Source of the DNA: Saccostrea cucullata
Taxonomy: Eukaryota
Direction: 5' to 3'
Assembly (NCBI RefSeq): GCF_032062105.1
Contig: NW_026924640.1
Span: forward strand, 62,001-126,000
Length of the DNA: 64,000 bases
How positions within the stretch are numbered: position 1 is the first letter of the stretch; every line of letters begins with the position of its first letter. Under the pieces are notes generated by a model. It was not told the DNA's origin. It saw only the letters and a program-made list of their open reading frames with translations, and ran no database searches. The position numbers and the translations under genes were made by a program. Below, one piece after another: positions 1 to 14,514 of the stretch.

Positions 1-2089
1 CGCATGTAATTAAACAAATGATTTTTCACTATTGTTGTACTAGTTTCTACCAGGTATTAATGTACATAATACTTATCCCAATATTTTTTCTGGACGGTCA
101 TGAATTCTTTCTAGTGACAGATAGTAAATTGCGTCATTTTACAATGGTCGAAGTTACCAACCAACGCCGTATTCATGATGTAGGGATAACTTGGGTCGAT
201 TTCTGTTCAGCTGATTTGCAATTTGATTTGTAAAACCAAATACTATAAATTAAAAGGGTATAAATTTCATTTTCAAAATAATACAATGTATTTGATAAAT
301 GTCACGCCAGGGATATCCATTGATTGTCTTTCCAGACAAGATTTTTCTGAGTTGATAGTTCGCCGTAGTGGTAAAAAATATACTCGTCTGTAATTTTTAG
401 GGTGATAAAGCCTTTTCTTTGATGTAATTTTCCAGTAACGATCTTAATAACGCTCATGGAATTAAAATTATTTTGGACACAATAGTGTAATGGCCTGGGG
501 TAGAATTTAATAAATTAGTTTATTTTTTTATGATTTAATTGTGTCAACATTTATTGGGAAAATTATCTGGGTTGATTTTATTATGCATTAATGACACTAA
601 TACATTTCAGTCCTTTGATTATTTACTCAACGTGATATTGTCTATTTTTAGCACATTTGACATACTTGTTGTTTGGATTTATACAGGAAATGCTATATTT
701 TATGAATTCATGTGCATACCTTCAGAATCTTTGCATGTTACTGTATTTTACTTGATTATTTATGAGTCAAATAAGCGCTTGACATAGCCATAATTGCACA
801 CGATTATTGGAGTCATGGAAGTTGTTTACATCCCGCCGACATCTTATTTGTATTAGCCAGAGTTTCGTATTTCAGCAAGATGTATTTTGTTATGCAATTC
901 GATGTTATAATTGCTTGTGAATATCCACAAAATTAATGTTTGAATATGTTTTACTAAGATTTATCAAGGGATTTTATGTTAAACGTGATTTTATGGTAGT
1001 TACACATTTTTACTATGACCAAGCTATTTGAATATCGTCTGCTATACGATTGCAGTTTTCTGTCATGAAATGCGCGTTTAATTCACATGAATTGTTTACT
1101 TACAGTAGATGAAAACATCTTTTGTAGTCCATATTTATTGTTTATTTTGTCTTTTCACATTTTAATTCCGTTTTATAGTTATTATCCTCATTGTACGGCA
1201 GCCTTGTTTGACACTGTTTGACAGATCTCTGTTTGTACGGCGCCGTACAGCGCTGCGATTGGTTGAGTGACACCGTACAGCTTTTTCACTGGTCAATTTG
1301 TATCACATGACTATTTCCGAAGGTTATAAATATAAGTGCCTCGCCAGTCTCTGGCAGATAAGTTGCACAAGCAACATCGCAGGATTGTAGCCTAAACCTA
1401 GGTGAGACAACTGTAAATTATCTCCCAACACACTGGACACCTGATGTTATATTTTTAGAGCTTTTTCATGCCAAATCAACTTTATTATCATTTTTTTATC
1501 CCTGAAAATACGGTTGACACTGTGGGACAAAATGAATATTAATTATCTATATGTTTCCAATATAGATGTTTGTTTACCTATTGTTATTTCCTGTTGAATG
1601 ATCAATTAATAAACCAATTATTAAACTGATACCAAGCCTTGTCCTTATTGAGAAATATGAAGCAAGAAATAAGGAGTGACCTTGAGAAGTATTGTGTGTA
1701 ATTATTTTGTATAGCCCCCATTCCAGGATGGCCATCCGTGGGGAGCTTACAATATATTAAAAATACGTTTTCTTTCTGCATAATATAAATGTACATACAC
1801 AATTATACGCCATAAACAAAATATATTAAGGTATTTATGAAAGGTCGAAATTAACCAGGTGGTCGAAATTACACCACCCTACCCTATACTTTCATGTTAA
1901 TTGGTTGTATCTGGTATTTCCTTGGGTGAAGAATTTCAATGTTACCCTCAACTGCAGGCGATGTTTTTTAATTATTATTTATCAGGCATTTATCACAAAA
2001 AGGCGGAGTGGAGATTATTGAACCTCCAATTAAATTACAGGTTTTGACTTGTTCCCTTCTCTCTCCCCTCCACAGGAAGAAATCAGACC

Positions 2090-2810
2090 TTTCAGTCAAA
2101 ACTGAATGACATATTTCAGCAACATTTCAGTGACACTTCAGTCACTGAATGGCACACACTTTTCAGTGACCTTTCAGACAACATTCAGTGACATTTCAGT
2201 TAGCATTTCAGTCAACATTCAGTTACCTTTACGTCGTCATTCAGTGACCCTTCAGCCAATATTCAGTGACCTTTCAGCCAACATTCAGTGACCCTTCAGC
2301 CAACTTTCAGTGACCTTTCAGCCAACTTTCAGTGACCCTTCAGCCAACTTTCAGTGACCTTTCAGCCAACTTTCAGTGACCTTTCAGCCAACTTTCAGTG
2401 ACCTTTCAGCCAACTTTCAGTGACCTTTCAGCCAACTTTCAGTGACCTTTCAGCCAACATTCAGTGACCTTTCAGCCAACATTCAGTGGCCTTTCCGCCA
2501 ACTTTCAGTGACCTTTCAGCCAACTTTCAGTGACCTTTCCGCCAACTTTCAGTGACCTTTCCACCAACTTTCAGTGACCTTTCAGCCAACTTTCAGTGAC
2601 CTTTCAGCCAACATTTAGTGACCTTTCAGTCTTGTTTTAGTAACCTTGCAGTCAAAATTCAGTGACCTTTTCAGCCAATGTTCAATAACCTTTCAGCTAC
2701 ATTTTGTCATTTTTCAATCCACATTAAGTGACATTTCAGTTCAACATTCAGCAAATTTTCAAAATTTTAGTTTCCTTTCTGGTCAAGTTTCCGTGACCCT
2801 TCAGTCATCA
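2090..2810 (+). repeat. Left subterminal tandem array, 22-bp unit TTTCAGTGACCTTTCAGCCAAC
   Basis: Visible tandem repeats made of two 11-mers, each containing TTCAG; most homogeneous at about 2240-2630. Confidence 0.95.
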
Positions 2811-3120
2811 AAAAAAATTCAAATATGGCTTGATACTTTTAGTCAATATATAATGTAGGTTAACTTGGTTTCAACTAAAATTAGACAAATCGCTTTACTC
2901 TTTATGCATATTTCAGGAACATTGCTGTCAATATTCCTTTTCCTTAATATTGTGATTGTCTACCAACACAATTAATTTCTATGTCATGACCTGTCTACAA
3001 GAGTGTTCATAGTCTTTGTTAAATAATATTTGTTAAATAATATTTTCTCGAGGTCAAGATTTACTTTTTGCTTAGAAACAAACTTCATGCTGTGTTTCTA
3101 TTTTTGAATGCTTTTTAATA

Positions 3121-3309
3121 CAGTGGAGCCTCAGTTATCCGGACGCTTTGATTCCTGAGTAATTTGTCCAGATATGTGAAGCATCTGGATGAACTGACTA
3201 ACCAGTTAAACTTGACAAAATAATGTTTTAAAAATTCTGTTCAAATGAAAAATCATTTGGAAACTGAAGCATTCCGATTTCTGGCGTCTGGATATCTGAA
3301 GGCACACTG
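3121..3309. mobile_element. Tc1/mariner(pogo)-type MITE nested in the CACTA element
   Basis: TA|CAGTGGAGCCTCAGTTATCCGGACG ... CGTCTGGATATCTGAAGGCACACTG|TA: imperfect TIRs with TA flanks. Confidence 0.65.
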
Positions 3310-4139
3310 TATAAAGCATATATAGCTCATAAAAAGTAATTTAAATAAGCATGTACATCTATCACAGCTTTTTTTATAATTCCGCTGAAGAAATGAAAGA
3401 AGGAAAACCTTTACACATTTACAACATTTTATTTCATTGAACCACCTGGTATATGTTTACTTAATATCATTGAAATATCAAACTATAAAATTACACATTA
3501 ACACAGCAAATATGTTGCATTCTACATAATGAAAAATACTAGTATTAGTCCATGATGATTCTGATTTACATTTTCTTCATTTTTTCTTTCGTTAATATGA
3601 CAAGGTCCCAAGACCATAAACTGATAACAGACTTATGTCAAAATTTAAAACTAGTACATGTATAACTTTTGAAAATAATTTGATAATATAAGGAAACAAA
3701 ATTTAAATCATAAATTTGATTTTTACTGTTATAAATAATTGCAAAATTTTAAGCTAATATGTCAACCAAACTCAAAATATGAAATATCAAAATTAGAAGT
3801 CTATTCTAAGTTTATGGTCTTAGGGTCAGTGCTGATATGCCTAAATCAAAATAGGAAATCTAATACAGATTAAGTCTGATATAAAACATAAATAATCTAC
3901 AACATGATTTAAAAAAAAAACAAGTACAAAAAACAGTGAATGTGGATAATTTGTCAAAAAGAATATTTTTAATAATAAAAAAAAGAGCTCTACACAAAAC
4001 AATTTAATATATAAATAACTAAAAAAGCACTACAAGGTAAATTTCAATTAATTTCAACAAGAATAACTTAGAACATGTATGATCAGTGAAAAAAAATCAA
4101 CTTAAAAATGATACAAAACTGAAATAGTTTTACAATAAG

Positions 4140-4862
4140 GTAGAATATCAAGCAAATTTGATTCTACTCCAACAGAACTGGCTTACATGTAATCTAAAAA
4201 AACCATCACTATCATGATAAAAATTTGGAGTAGCTCTACGACACGGTAGAACATCAAGCGAACTTGATTCTACTCCAACACAACTGGCTTACATGTAGTC
4301 TAAAAAATTTTTAAACTATCACTATCATGATAAAAATTTGGAGTAGCTCTACGACACGGTAGAACATCAAGCGAACTTGATTCTACTCCAACACAACTGG
4401 CTTACATGTAATCTAAAAAAAAAACTATCACTATCATGATAAAAATTTGGAGTAGCTCTACGACACGGTAGAACATCAAGCGAACTTGATTCTACTCCAA
4501 CAGAACTGGCTTACATGTAATCTAAAAAAAAAACTATCACTATCATGATAAAAATTTGGAGTAGCTCTACGACATGGTAGAACATCAAGCGAACTTGATT
4601 CTACTCCAACAGAACTGGCTCACATGTAATCTAAAAAAAATAACTAACACTATCATGATAAAAATTTGGAGTAGCTCTACGACACGGTAGAACATCAAGC
4701 GAACTTGATTCTACTCCAACAGAACTGGCTCACATGTAATCTAAAAAAAATAACTAACACTATCATGATAAAAATTTGGAGTAGCTCTACGACACGGTAG
4801 AACATCAAGCGAACTTGATTCTACTCCAACAGAACTGGCTCACATGTAATCTAAAAAAAAAA
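4140..4862. repeat. About 110-bp minisatellite, about 6.6 copies, downstream of the transposase stop
   Basis: Units start at 4140, 4246, 4359, 4468, 4577, 4687 and 4797; each has the internal hairpin GTAGAACATCAAG-CGAA-CTTGATTCTAC. Confidence 0.95.
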
Positions 4863-4955
4863 CAATGTGACAAAATATCAGCTAAACTTGGTTCTCCTCC
4901 CAATACTTTGTACCAAAACAATGCCATTTGTACCTGCACGATTTTATTGATACCA

Positions 4956-7900
4956 CTAATGATCTATGTCACTAAGGACTCTCCTAGGAATAGGGCATAT
5001 ACACATAAGATCCTTTCCCACACCAGTAAGTCCCTTCGAGAATCTACTATGAATCTTCTGAATGGGAAGAAAACAGTTATCGACTACGGATTCAAATTTG
5101 TTGCTGTGCCACATTTGAAGTGCATTTCCGTACTTGTATCTTTCTGAATATTCTTTGTACCATGAAACTTTTGCAAAAATATTTGTAATATGTTTTCCAT
5201 CAATCAAAGCTGTGTGAGAGAAATAAAAATCTACCCTACATGGACGTAGTTCTAGGGGAGAGCACTCAAAGTTGTTTTGTTCCGTTGTCCAATTAACTAA
5301 AACATCTGATGACCTTAATTTTCTGTTAATTTGTTTTGATCCAAAATTTTCACCTAATATTGTAATAAATCCATACTTCTTAATAATTTCACCCATATTA
5401 TCAATACTGAGAGACACAGAAGGAAACATTTTCCTGTATGAAGACATGAGATACACAATGTCTTCTTTGTCAAGTGCAGACAGTTTGTAAACCTTAGGTA
5501 ATGAAATAAAAGACATCAAGTCTTCATCAAAAAGGAAGTCAGCCCCAATTTCAGATGTTTTTAGAAACCTTACGATATCTGTTATCTTTAACTTTTCCCA
5601 CAAAGATTTACTGAAATTGAAGAATACTTCAGAAAAGTCAACCTCGGTAGTTGACAGCACGACATCTTTAAAGTTATCACAGAATTTTGAAGTCATGATT
5701 TTTCTCATGAATTGAATTTCTACTGCCTTATTGTTTGTATGAAAGTGTCCAAAAGCCCCATTATATCTCTCAAAAGAAAAACACCAGAAAACGTGCATGG
5801 GACCAAAATCAAACAAGCAATCTTTTAAATGATTATGTAGATGCATGTTACAAGTGACTTCTTTTAATGGGTAAATCTTTTCAAAAGTTTTGCAAAAGTC
5901 AAGTAACAATAGATCAGCTTTCTGAATATCAGTGAGAGTTAGAAATGGTTTGCATAGAAAACGACAACCTAATACAAATTTTTCCCAACATTTGTAATCT
6001 TTCTCTGGTAGTATTCCACACAAAGCATAGAGTGAAAATGTGGTTGTCCAGTTTTTCCATTCAGCTGCAGAAAATACACCATAATTTCCAGAAATATGTG
6101 TGGGAATTCTTCCTATGTCAGTTAAGGAATTTAGAGATTCTAGTCTTTCTTCTATAGTTTCCAAGTTTGACGGGGACAATTTGCCACTTTCAACCCAAAG
6201 TTTGAACATTTTTTTTGCCGTTCCAAGAAAGAGGTTGTGCATTGGGTCAATAACACAAAATTGTATTGCATCAAAATATTCCAACTCTATTAACACACTA
6301 TAAAAAGTCCCATATTCCCTAGAAAGTTTATCCGCCTGTGTCTTACTTGTTGCATTCTTAACCCTTCTGGCATGTAAATTATGAGTATATTTTGTTCTGG
6401 GTTTCCAATTCTGCCTGTCAAAACCTGAATAGTCTCTTTTTTCCCCAAAGTCACCAGGAAAAACTTTTAAACATTTATGGCAACCCAAACGAGCAGCGTG
6501 CGATTTAAATCCACAACACTTGCGAGCAGCTGGTATATCACAAGACACACAGAGCAGGGCTGCTCGAAAAACAGATGAAGAATTAAACAAACTTGTGTCT
6601 AACCTGACTCCTTTCCAAAGTGTTTGTAATTCATTAACAATTGGATCTAAAAAACTATTGATACTATGTGGCTCTTTTTTGAAAGCAGGTATTAATCCAG
6701 CAATTATTACATTTTCAGACTTAAATCTAATGCTTCTGGGTAAATTTAACATAACAAAATAAATAACTCCTACTGAATAATCATTCCTGTGTTTAAAGGG
6801 CTGAAACCAGTCTATATTCATCATTAATGCAACACTGTTTTTGTTAGAGAGAAAGGGCTCCCCATTGAAGGACAAAAAATTTTTCCATACTCGTCCATCA
6901 TATACATCTCTTAAAATTGTTAAATCCGAACCCCAGTCTTGCCAGTGTTGCCAAAATTGCCCAATTTCTTTCCTTTTCAAAATAGTTTCAATACCATTAA
7001 TTACACTGTTCAAACAGTAAACTTTCAATGGATAAAATTTTCGGATGTTACCCTTGCAAATAATCTGTTTAACTAAGGGAGAATTACATTTTACATATCT
7101 CCCTCTAACTTTTATTTCAGCAGAGCAGTTTTTTCCGTATCTTAATCCATCTTTCTCATATACACAGTCCAAAAAATCGTATAAACAAAAACATGAGGGA
7201 CACACAACAAATCGCTGAAATTCATCTCTATCTAGCTTCAATATTTTTCTGGCTAAATACAAACTTGGAGGAAATCCAATACAAAATTCTGTTAGCACTT
7301 GATTATTTATGTCTGCACCAAGCACTTGAAAAATTCTGAACAAAAATCGTAAAAGATACTCAACACCATTATCACTGATGTGGTGTATAACCTGAATGTA
7401 CAGAATAGCATACAGTACACAGAAAAGCAAACTGTTGACTTTCTTCATGGGGGATGGATGGACCTCAATTCCGAGTTCATTGTCCAAAAGGTTGGCTGGT
7501 ATGTCCCAGTGCTCTGGTTCATCCTCATTTTCTTCTTCACTATCCTCCATGTCTGACTGAAATTTTATGTACAATATTTTTAGACACAATTTTAAATAAA
7601 CCAGCAAACAGAGACCAGTCCAAAAACTATGGAACAGTCTGAAATGGCACTTTAGGCCAAATAAAAGTGAAAATGCATCACTGGAGTATATGATTTTCCA
7701 TTGGGAAATGAAAAGGATATATCTTATGAAATGAAATTGTAAACAATTAAATGAAAAATGCTCACTAGTAATACCCACCAGATGACTGAATATACTTGAA
7801 CATGTGTTGAATGTGCATGAATTTACTCAAGTTCAGTTACAGACAGTCATATAATTTAACTTTTATAAAATAACTGATTCTGATTGGATAAAAAATTCTT

Positions 7901-10900
7901 TTGATAACTGCATCAATTTAATGCATGGAATCTTGAGTTAGCTTGCACTAGGCAGTCGGAACTACTATGGCTGTTTTTACATGTACATGTATATTACACG
8001 ATTCCAGTTTTCTGTTTCAAGGAATAGATACTTCTACTTTAGGCCAAAATAAAATATACTCTTGTATCCTGTCCCCTGCCCAAAAAAATTAGGGTTGGTA
8101 GGTAGGGAAAAAATTTTATTTTGAGAAAAAATTTTATTTTCAAAATTTAATGAATGCAGAACATATAGCATGTAATAACTGTAATAACAAGAAAATGATA
8201 TGTTAACAGTTTCAAAGCAAGTTTGTTAATCAAGATTTATAAAGTAAAGGTAACCTGTACACTTGTGATGTATTAATTCTGTAAATATCATTGGTCAACT
8301 TCAGTATTTTAGAAAAATAGTTATCCAAAAAATGAAAATGTAATAAAAACTTTTAGGGTCGGAGGGTAAAATGTAGGGTAGGTCGGGTGACAGGAAACAG
8401 GAGTATTTTTTATTTTGGCCTTAATAGATATTTTCCAGAACTTTGAAACTCGTTCATTATGTTCTGGATATATTTACTACTTTCGTTTGTTTCTTTTTAA
8501 ATGATCCCCATTTGCTAAAGAAATCAAATTGTCTACATGACAACAATACAGTTATGGGATGGGAAAGAAGAAAAAAATCAGCATAGTTTTGTTAAATGTT
8601 TGACTTTGAGATTACTGGTATAAACAATTGAACTCTGAAGACATTATTTATGCTACAAAATCTGGGAAATGACTTGCAAGATAATCTCTTAATCCTTCAG
8701 ATTTTTCAGCATTGATGGATTGTGATACATATTTATATGTTTGATTTGAAATTCAGAGGAAAAAATATGCAAATGAACATGATGAAATCCTATGCACATT
8801 GACAATATTTTCCGTTGATTTTTATCTTTGATATATCGATCAAGCGAAAAAATATTACCCGGTACCTTAATTCATTTCTTTAATGAATTAGCAGGAAGTT
8901 GTATCATATTCAATAAAAACTAGAACTGTCCAATAGGGACAAATACCCTCTGTTGGGTTTTTCAGAGAAGGTGTCAAATCACAAATACTAAATGGATCTA
9001 GAGGTGTTCACAATTTTTTTTTACAAACATTTGCAATGAAATATAATTGCTTATTATGTATCTTAATGAATGAAACAAAGATGCAACCAAATGAAACATT
9101 AATAATAGTAATACATTGTAATTCCACTGCAACATTTTTTTTTATTTCTGTATTAAAAATTTTTTATTGCAATTATGTGTCATGACACTCTGCAAACTGA
9201 TTGTTGAAAAAATATCATATTATACCAGTGATTGGGATAAGCTAGGGAGTAAATGTGAATGACGCACCCCAAGTTAGTGTCAATGTGACATTTCAAAATT
9301 CAATGCGCCAAACAGACTTTTTCATGGGACATTTCCTAGTTACAAATTTGCAATTGATTACTTGCTGTTTGAATTTCAGTTGATTTACTTAATTGAAATT
9401 GTCAAATTATTGAATGATGACATTAAAAGATACAAAATTAGTATATTTGTATTCACAAGTGTCAGAAAATAAATAAACACTGCAATTTAATTTCAATTCT
9501 TTATTTTTTGTGTCTGATGTTTGACATCTTTAAAATGATTTAAAGCTTGGTTTAGATCTATACTGCTTCCTTCAAATTTATGTTAAATTTTCGTTTTGGT
9601 TTTTCCTCCGAGACTACATCATCAGTCTTACCGTCAGATTTATCTCGATTCGTTCTGTCAGCATGTTATACTTATTCCGAGTCATTTTGTAGCGATTTAC
9701 TTAAATTTGTTTGTTAGGATTGTGAGAATTAACAAAAGTCTGTCCTTTATCGGTACGAGGTATTTTCTTATGCAGCATGCTGCACTCCTGACACCAGTTT
9801 ATTTCGTGCCCGTTAGGAAATCAGAAAACATGTAACTGTTTGATTAGATACTGGAGAAACTAAAGTCATACAAACTCTTTAACTGAACGATGTAAAACAC
9901 TGTTTTTATTTCAAGCATAAGTTGTCAGCGATTGTTATGGGAAAGACTAGGAGCGCTTGGGGGAAAGCTCAAAGTTTAAAAGTATGCAGTGCATTACATG
10001 CGCCATGATGGCGCAGTGTTTTTAATTTTAATGTGACATTTTAAAATGTAATGCGACTATGGTGCAGGGTGCGTGCTTATCCCAATCACTGTTATACAAA
10101 ATCAACATTTTTGGAATGTTTTTTTATCAATACTTATTAACAAATTACACTAAAGATGTCTCACCTGATCACTTTCTTCTGAAACTTCTGCTGCCATTGA
10201 TGACGTAGGTGGCATGTCATCCAAGCAATCATCTGCATCTAAGGAAGATTGAATATAGAATTATTACACAATGCACTCCACTGTTGAATAAAAGGGTTAC
10301 TTTATCATGTTTATTAAACATCTAAAGTATTTGTAATTTAATCAATTACTTTTCATATCTACCCAATCACTGCCATCTAACATAAACAAAAATGTGTGTT
10401 TGGAACAAATTTGTAACAAATTGTTAATTTTTGCAAATTTTTTCCTTTAATTTTTTTAAATCATCAAATAATTAACATACTATCATGACTATACATTACA
10501 TCAAGTTAACATCATGTACTAGTAGTTTGAAAAGTGCTGTTTCTATATAATTTAAGTACCCCAATTGTAACTTTGGATAAATCACAATCCATGATTTGTT
10601 TTATAAATAAAATGAACTGTTTTTTTTAGGATTGTCCCAATGACTCTGGGAAAGGGGATTTCCCTCACCTATAATGACTTAACGAGACCGGGTCTACTTA
10701 AATTTACTCTAGGGTTTTTGGTAATTTTTTGTGAAATAGTTTTTACTTTTATGTTCATTGTTTTGAGAATATAACTCAAATGTTTTCCATCCGAATTCTT
10801 TAAGGGCCCACCTAATGCAGTTTAATTTGGTATTACACACAACCCCTTTTAGGATAGGAAAAACCAGACCCCATTATATGCTAGAAGGCTTGAAATTATA

Positions 10901-11610
10901 ATTAATAAAGTGCCGCGTCACAGCATGATATGCCCTTCAAAAAATTACAATTTTCTTGAATAGTTTAGGTGCAAGGAAATCATGTCAACTTTGATTCTAA
11001 GATTTTGATGATTTTTCCATTCCTTAAGATATTTATCCATCCCCTGTGATGTAGGCAGTAATTATAATAAATATTACATCACTGATAGATTTCTATGCTG
11101 GCTGTGTTAGACCTTGTCAAATGCCCATCATATTAAACAATACTTGATAAGTTTGATAATCCTAGGTCTAATAGTATTAAAGTTATGAGCCGGAAACAAA
11201 AGCGCTAACAGACAGACGGACGGAAACGAAGCCTTTAACATAACATGTCCCGTTTTAAGATGGGCATATAATAAAGTAAAAGTAATGAACAAAATAATGG
11301 GGAAATAACCCAAAATAATGACATTTTTAAAAATTTTAAAACAAATTTTGAAAAATAACTTGTTTTGGTTATTCACATACACTATATAATATATCAGTGA
11401 CATTTATATATACATACCGGGATGGTCTGAAGCTCTCCCAAAGTCTTCAATCAAGTCTTTAAACCTCTTGTCGGACATCTCTCGAACTGCAGCCTCCCCA
11501 TGGTCGAGCCAGGAGTTTGTGCTTGGATCAAAGAAACTTGCATAGTGTCGATAGTAGCTACTTCGGGGAAAATCCTCATGGCATATTGGACATCTCTTCC
11601 TTTTTGGCAT
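4956..11610 (-). CDS. CACTA/EnSpm-type (Tnp2/Transposase_21-like) DDE transposase, 3 exons, about 955 aa
   Basis: Exons 11610-11418 (MPKRKRCPICH...RH, C2H-type finger), 10238-10165 and 7556-4956, with GT-AG introns in compatible phases (1, 0). Motifs: NIDWFQPF, LNLPRSIRF, SCDIPAARKCCGF..H...GCHKC, DPMHNLFLG, NMHLHNHL, FGP..FWCFSFERYNG. No internal stops. Confidence 0.9.
8042..8420. mobile_element. Kolobok-like MITE in transposase intron 2
   Basis: GGCCAAAATAAAATATACTC ... GAGTATTTTTTATTTTGGCC, flanked by TTTA / TTAA. Confidence 0.65.
9226..10091. mobile_element. Non-autonomous TIR element (hAT-like ends, 6-bp TSD) in transposase intron 2
   Basis: Perfect 17-bp TIR CAGTGATTGGGATAAGC; TTATAC on both sides. 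Confidence 0.75.
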
Positions 11611-13822
11611 GACCTAGTGATTAAATAAAGTGCTGATATAAAACTGCAAAATGGTCAAACAATTACTTTCAAGGCTTTTTGTTATTATATTTGTCAGTGA
11701 AATTTGACACATACCAGTAAAATATTCACTTTCCATTGAATAGATTTTACTAGCCAAAAAAACTACATTTTCTTCATTTTTAATCTTAAACCACCACTTT
11801 TAGGCATCATGACATCAATCAAGTGTTTGAACTTATTACCATGGTACTCTCTTTTGTTTTTAGTGAATAAAAAAGCCCATGGTACATAATATGAGTAGTC
11901 AAATAGACAAATAACAGTCAGGACAGGGGTGTGACTTAAATCCATTACTTTTTAGAATAATGATGAAAAACAGTCATATCTATTTTGAAATTTATTTCCG
12001 AAATTAATTATGACTGTATTTCATCCTTCCTTTTTTAAATCAAATTCTTAAGTCTGGGTGCTCTTAATTATCTGATAAGTTTTAAGGGAAGCACTAACTA
12101 ATAATCTGGTTTTAATTACTTGTCAAGATATTTCTCTACACAAAGGTCTATGGCAGAATAGTGTACCATATCAAATTACTGTAAATAGGTTGGAAAAATT
12201 GAATTGACTTGGGAATGAAAATAATTTTAATAATTCACATTTTAAATATACCATGTGTACTTAGAAAAGATAATTATCAATAATTTTTTATAAAAAAAAT
12301 GGATTTCAATCAAATCCCTGACTGAATAATTTTATAAAATTTGCAACTTGATGTGTCAATACATAATATCACAAGTACCTTGCAGTTATTTAACTTATTA
12401 CTGCTCTTTTGTGGGTGAATCATGAAAGCTCTAAATCTTGCGATTACTGGGGATCATGGCATATTGTTTACAGTAGTGACAATCAAATGATTGAAATAAT
12501 TTTATGCAAAAAGTAGAAAGTATTGAACTCCAAATAATAGATTTTCAAATAAGGAAAGTTTAGAATATTTTATCTGCTTTAATGTGTGACAATTTTCAAT
12601 AAAAATTTAATCAGAAGAGCCTGCTTACTTAAAAATATTGTTAAAAATTGTATTATTTTTGGATAAGCTCCTCTCAAAAACTAATAAGGCTGTTTCAGCA
12701 ATTGTATAGCAAGACATTCAACCAGGATTTTATACTTATCCGTTGCTAATGATCTACAATGATCTTCAAGTCTACAATGATGGATCTTACATTGTATTCA
12801 AGAACTCATTTGCCCCAATCCAATAGTCCTTTCCTACCTATACAGTTATTATGTAATTGCGATATGAAGTTTTAAAACACTTAATGTAAGTTTAGATTAC
12901 GGTAATACTCAATCTTATTTTTAACCCAAGGGCATATAACTGTTCCTGCATATCAGAATATTCAGTGAGGCCTGAATTAAAAAAAAATTAACAACTTCTA
13001 AATGTCTACAACCTTGTATCAAGGCAATTCATGATGCTGACTTGTGATGTATAGTCCAATCCACAATTTGCAAAAGTTAGTGAGGTCAACCAATAGGTCA
13101 AAAGGTAAAGAAAAATCATTTCTCCTCCTTATCAATTATGCTATACACCAAATATACCAGAGTTATTTCTCATTGGCTGCCATATTCAGTCAGGGATGTG
13201 ACTGAAATCCATCATTTTTAAAATGAAAATAATTGTCATTTCTTGTAAGTATATAATGTACACTTTATCTTATTTTTGTAAATATGACCTCTTTCAATCA
13301 TATTTCCATTCCCAAGTCAATTTTCCCAACCCATCTACTACAGTAATAAGATATAGTACACTATCCTGTCATAGGCCCTTGTGTAGAGAAACATCTTGAC
13401 AAGTAATTGAAACCAAAATAATTTAGTGCGCCCCATAAAACCAACGAGATAACGAGTGCGTCCAGACCTAACAATTTGATAAACAAGAGATGTTTGTAAA
13501 ACACATATACCCCACTCCCCCCAAATTTGAATTTTAATTACTAAGTCCAAAAGGGCATAACTCTGTCTAAAATGGTGCGATCCTACCCAAAACATTTCCT
13601 GACCAAGATATTCAGCTGAAAAATCTGTATACTAAATTTCATTTCAACATGTTCAATATGTGCAACCTCTGAGAAAAAAATGAACAGAAACTGCAAATAA
13701 ATGGAATTTTTTTAAGTGGGGGGTATTGTTTTTTTTTTAAATAAATTGTTAAAACTTCTTCTATTTCATAATTTTTATTCCATAAATATTTCCCCACAAA
13801 TATTTCTGCTACACTCTTTTAC

Positions 13823-13994
13823 CAGGTTGGGACCACTCGCCCAAATGGGATATAATAGGCCGTTTGGGATAGAATATCCCAAATGGGCTATAAATTTACA
13901 GTGCAAAAAATAAAAAAAAATTTATTTTGGATAATATATCATATATATAATATATAGCCTATTATATCCCGTTTGGACGAGTGGTCCCAACCTG
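13823..13994. mobile_element. Short MITE (hAT-like ends, 5-bp TSD)
   Basis: About 38-bp TIR CAGGTTGGGACCACTCGCCCAAATGGGATATAATAGGC; TTTAC on both sides. Confidence 0.8.
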
Positions 13995-14514
13995 TTTACA
14001 GCTGTCTTATAGGCCTATTTGGTAGGACAAAGAGCGAAAATTACCCGGTGCCAGACAACTCACCGAAAGACAGGTCACCGACAAAAGTGAAATTCGCGGA
14101 ATAGACAATTCACCGACAATAGTGTCGGTGAGTAGAAATTCACGGACAATGTTTTATAATAATTGTTAGATGAATAGATGTCGTGTTAAGTATTCAGATA
14201 TAATAAACATAATCAAAGATGCATTAAAAAACATGTATTTCTTTGTCCATCTACTTCAAATCTTTGTTCAGTGGAGCTTAAAAGTAGAGTTGAGCTTTTT
14301 TGATCATCCATTATCTGCAGTCTGTCTGTCTGTGTGTCCTTATTTAAACTTTTTTTTTACATTCTTGCTCCTTCCGTTCCATTTTTTAAAAAAAAGTTGG
14401 CACAAAGCTTTCCTTGGTGAAGCTTTTCTTACTATACTCCCTACTTGAAAAAGTGGGCAGTTATATGATGATTAGGATGTGATCCATTTATCTATCTGCT
14501 CAGCTGTTCCTCTA

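Noticed and set aside
1120-1751. Solo LTR (TATA at about 1325, AATAAA at about 1609, ends in ACA)
   Set aside because: No matching TSD or clear left boundary could be established.
4140-4862. CRISPR-like array
   Set aside because: Units repeat in full with no unique spacers; eukaryotic context and no cas genes.
7557-7778. Hydrophobic N-terminus of the 940-aa ORF as a membrane anchor on the transposase
   Set aside because: It lies upstream of a good acceptor (TTTCAG at 7557) and has no ATG start; phase-compatible upstream exons explain the true N-terminus.
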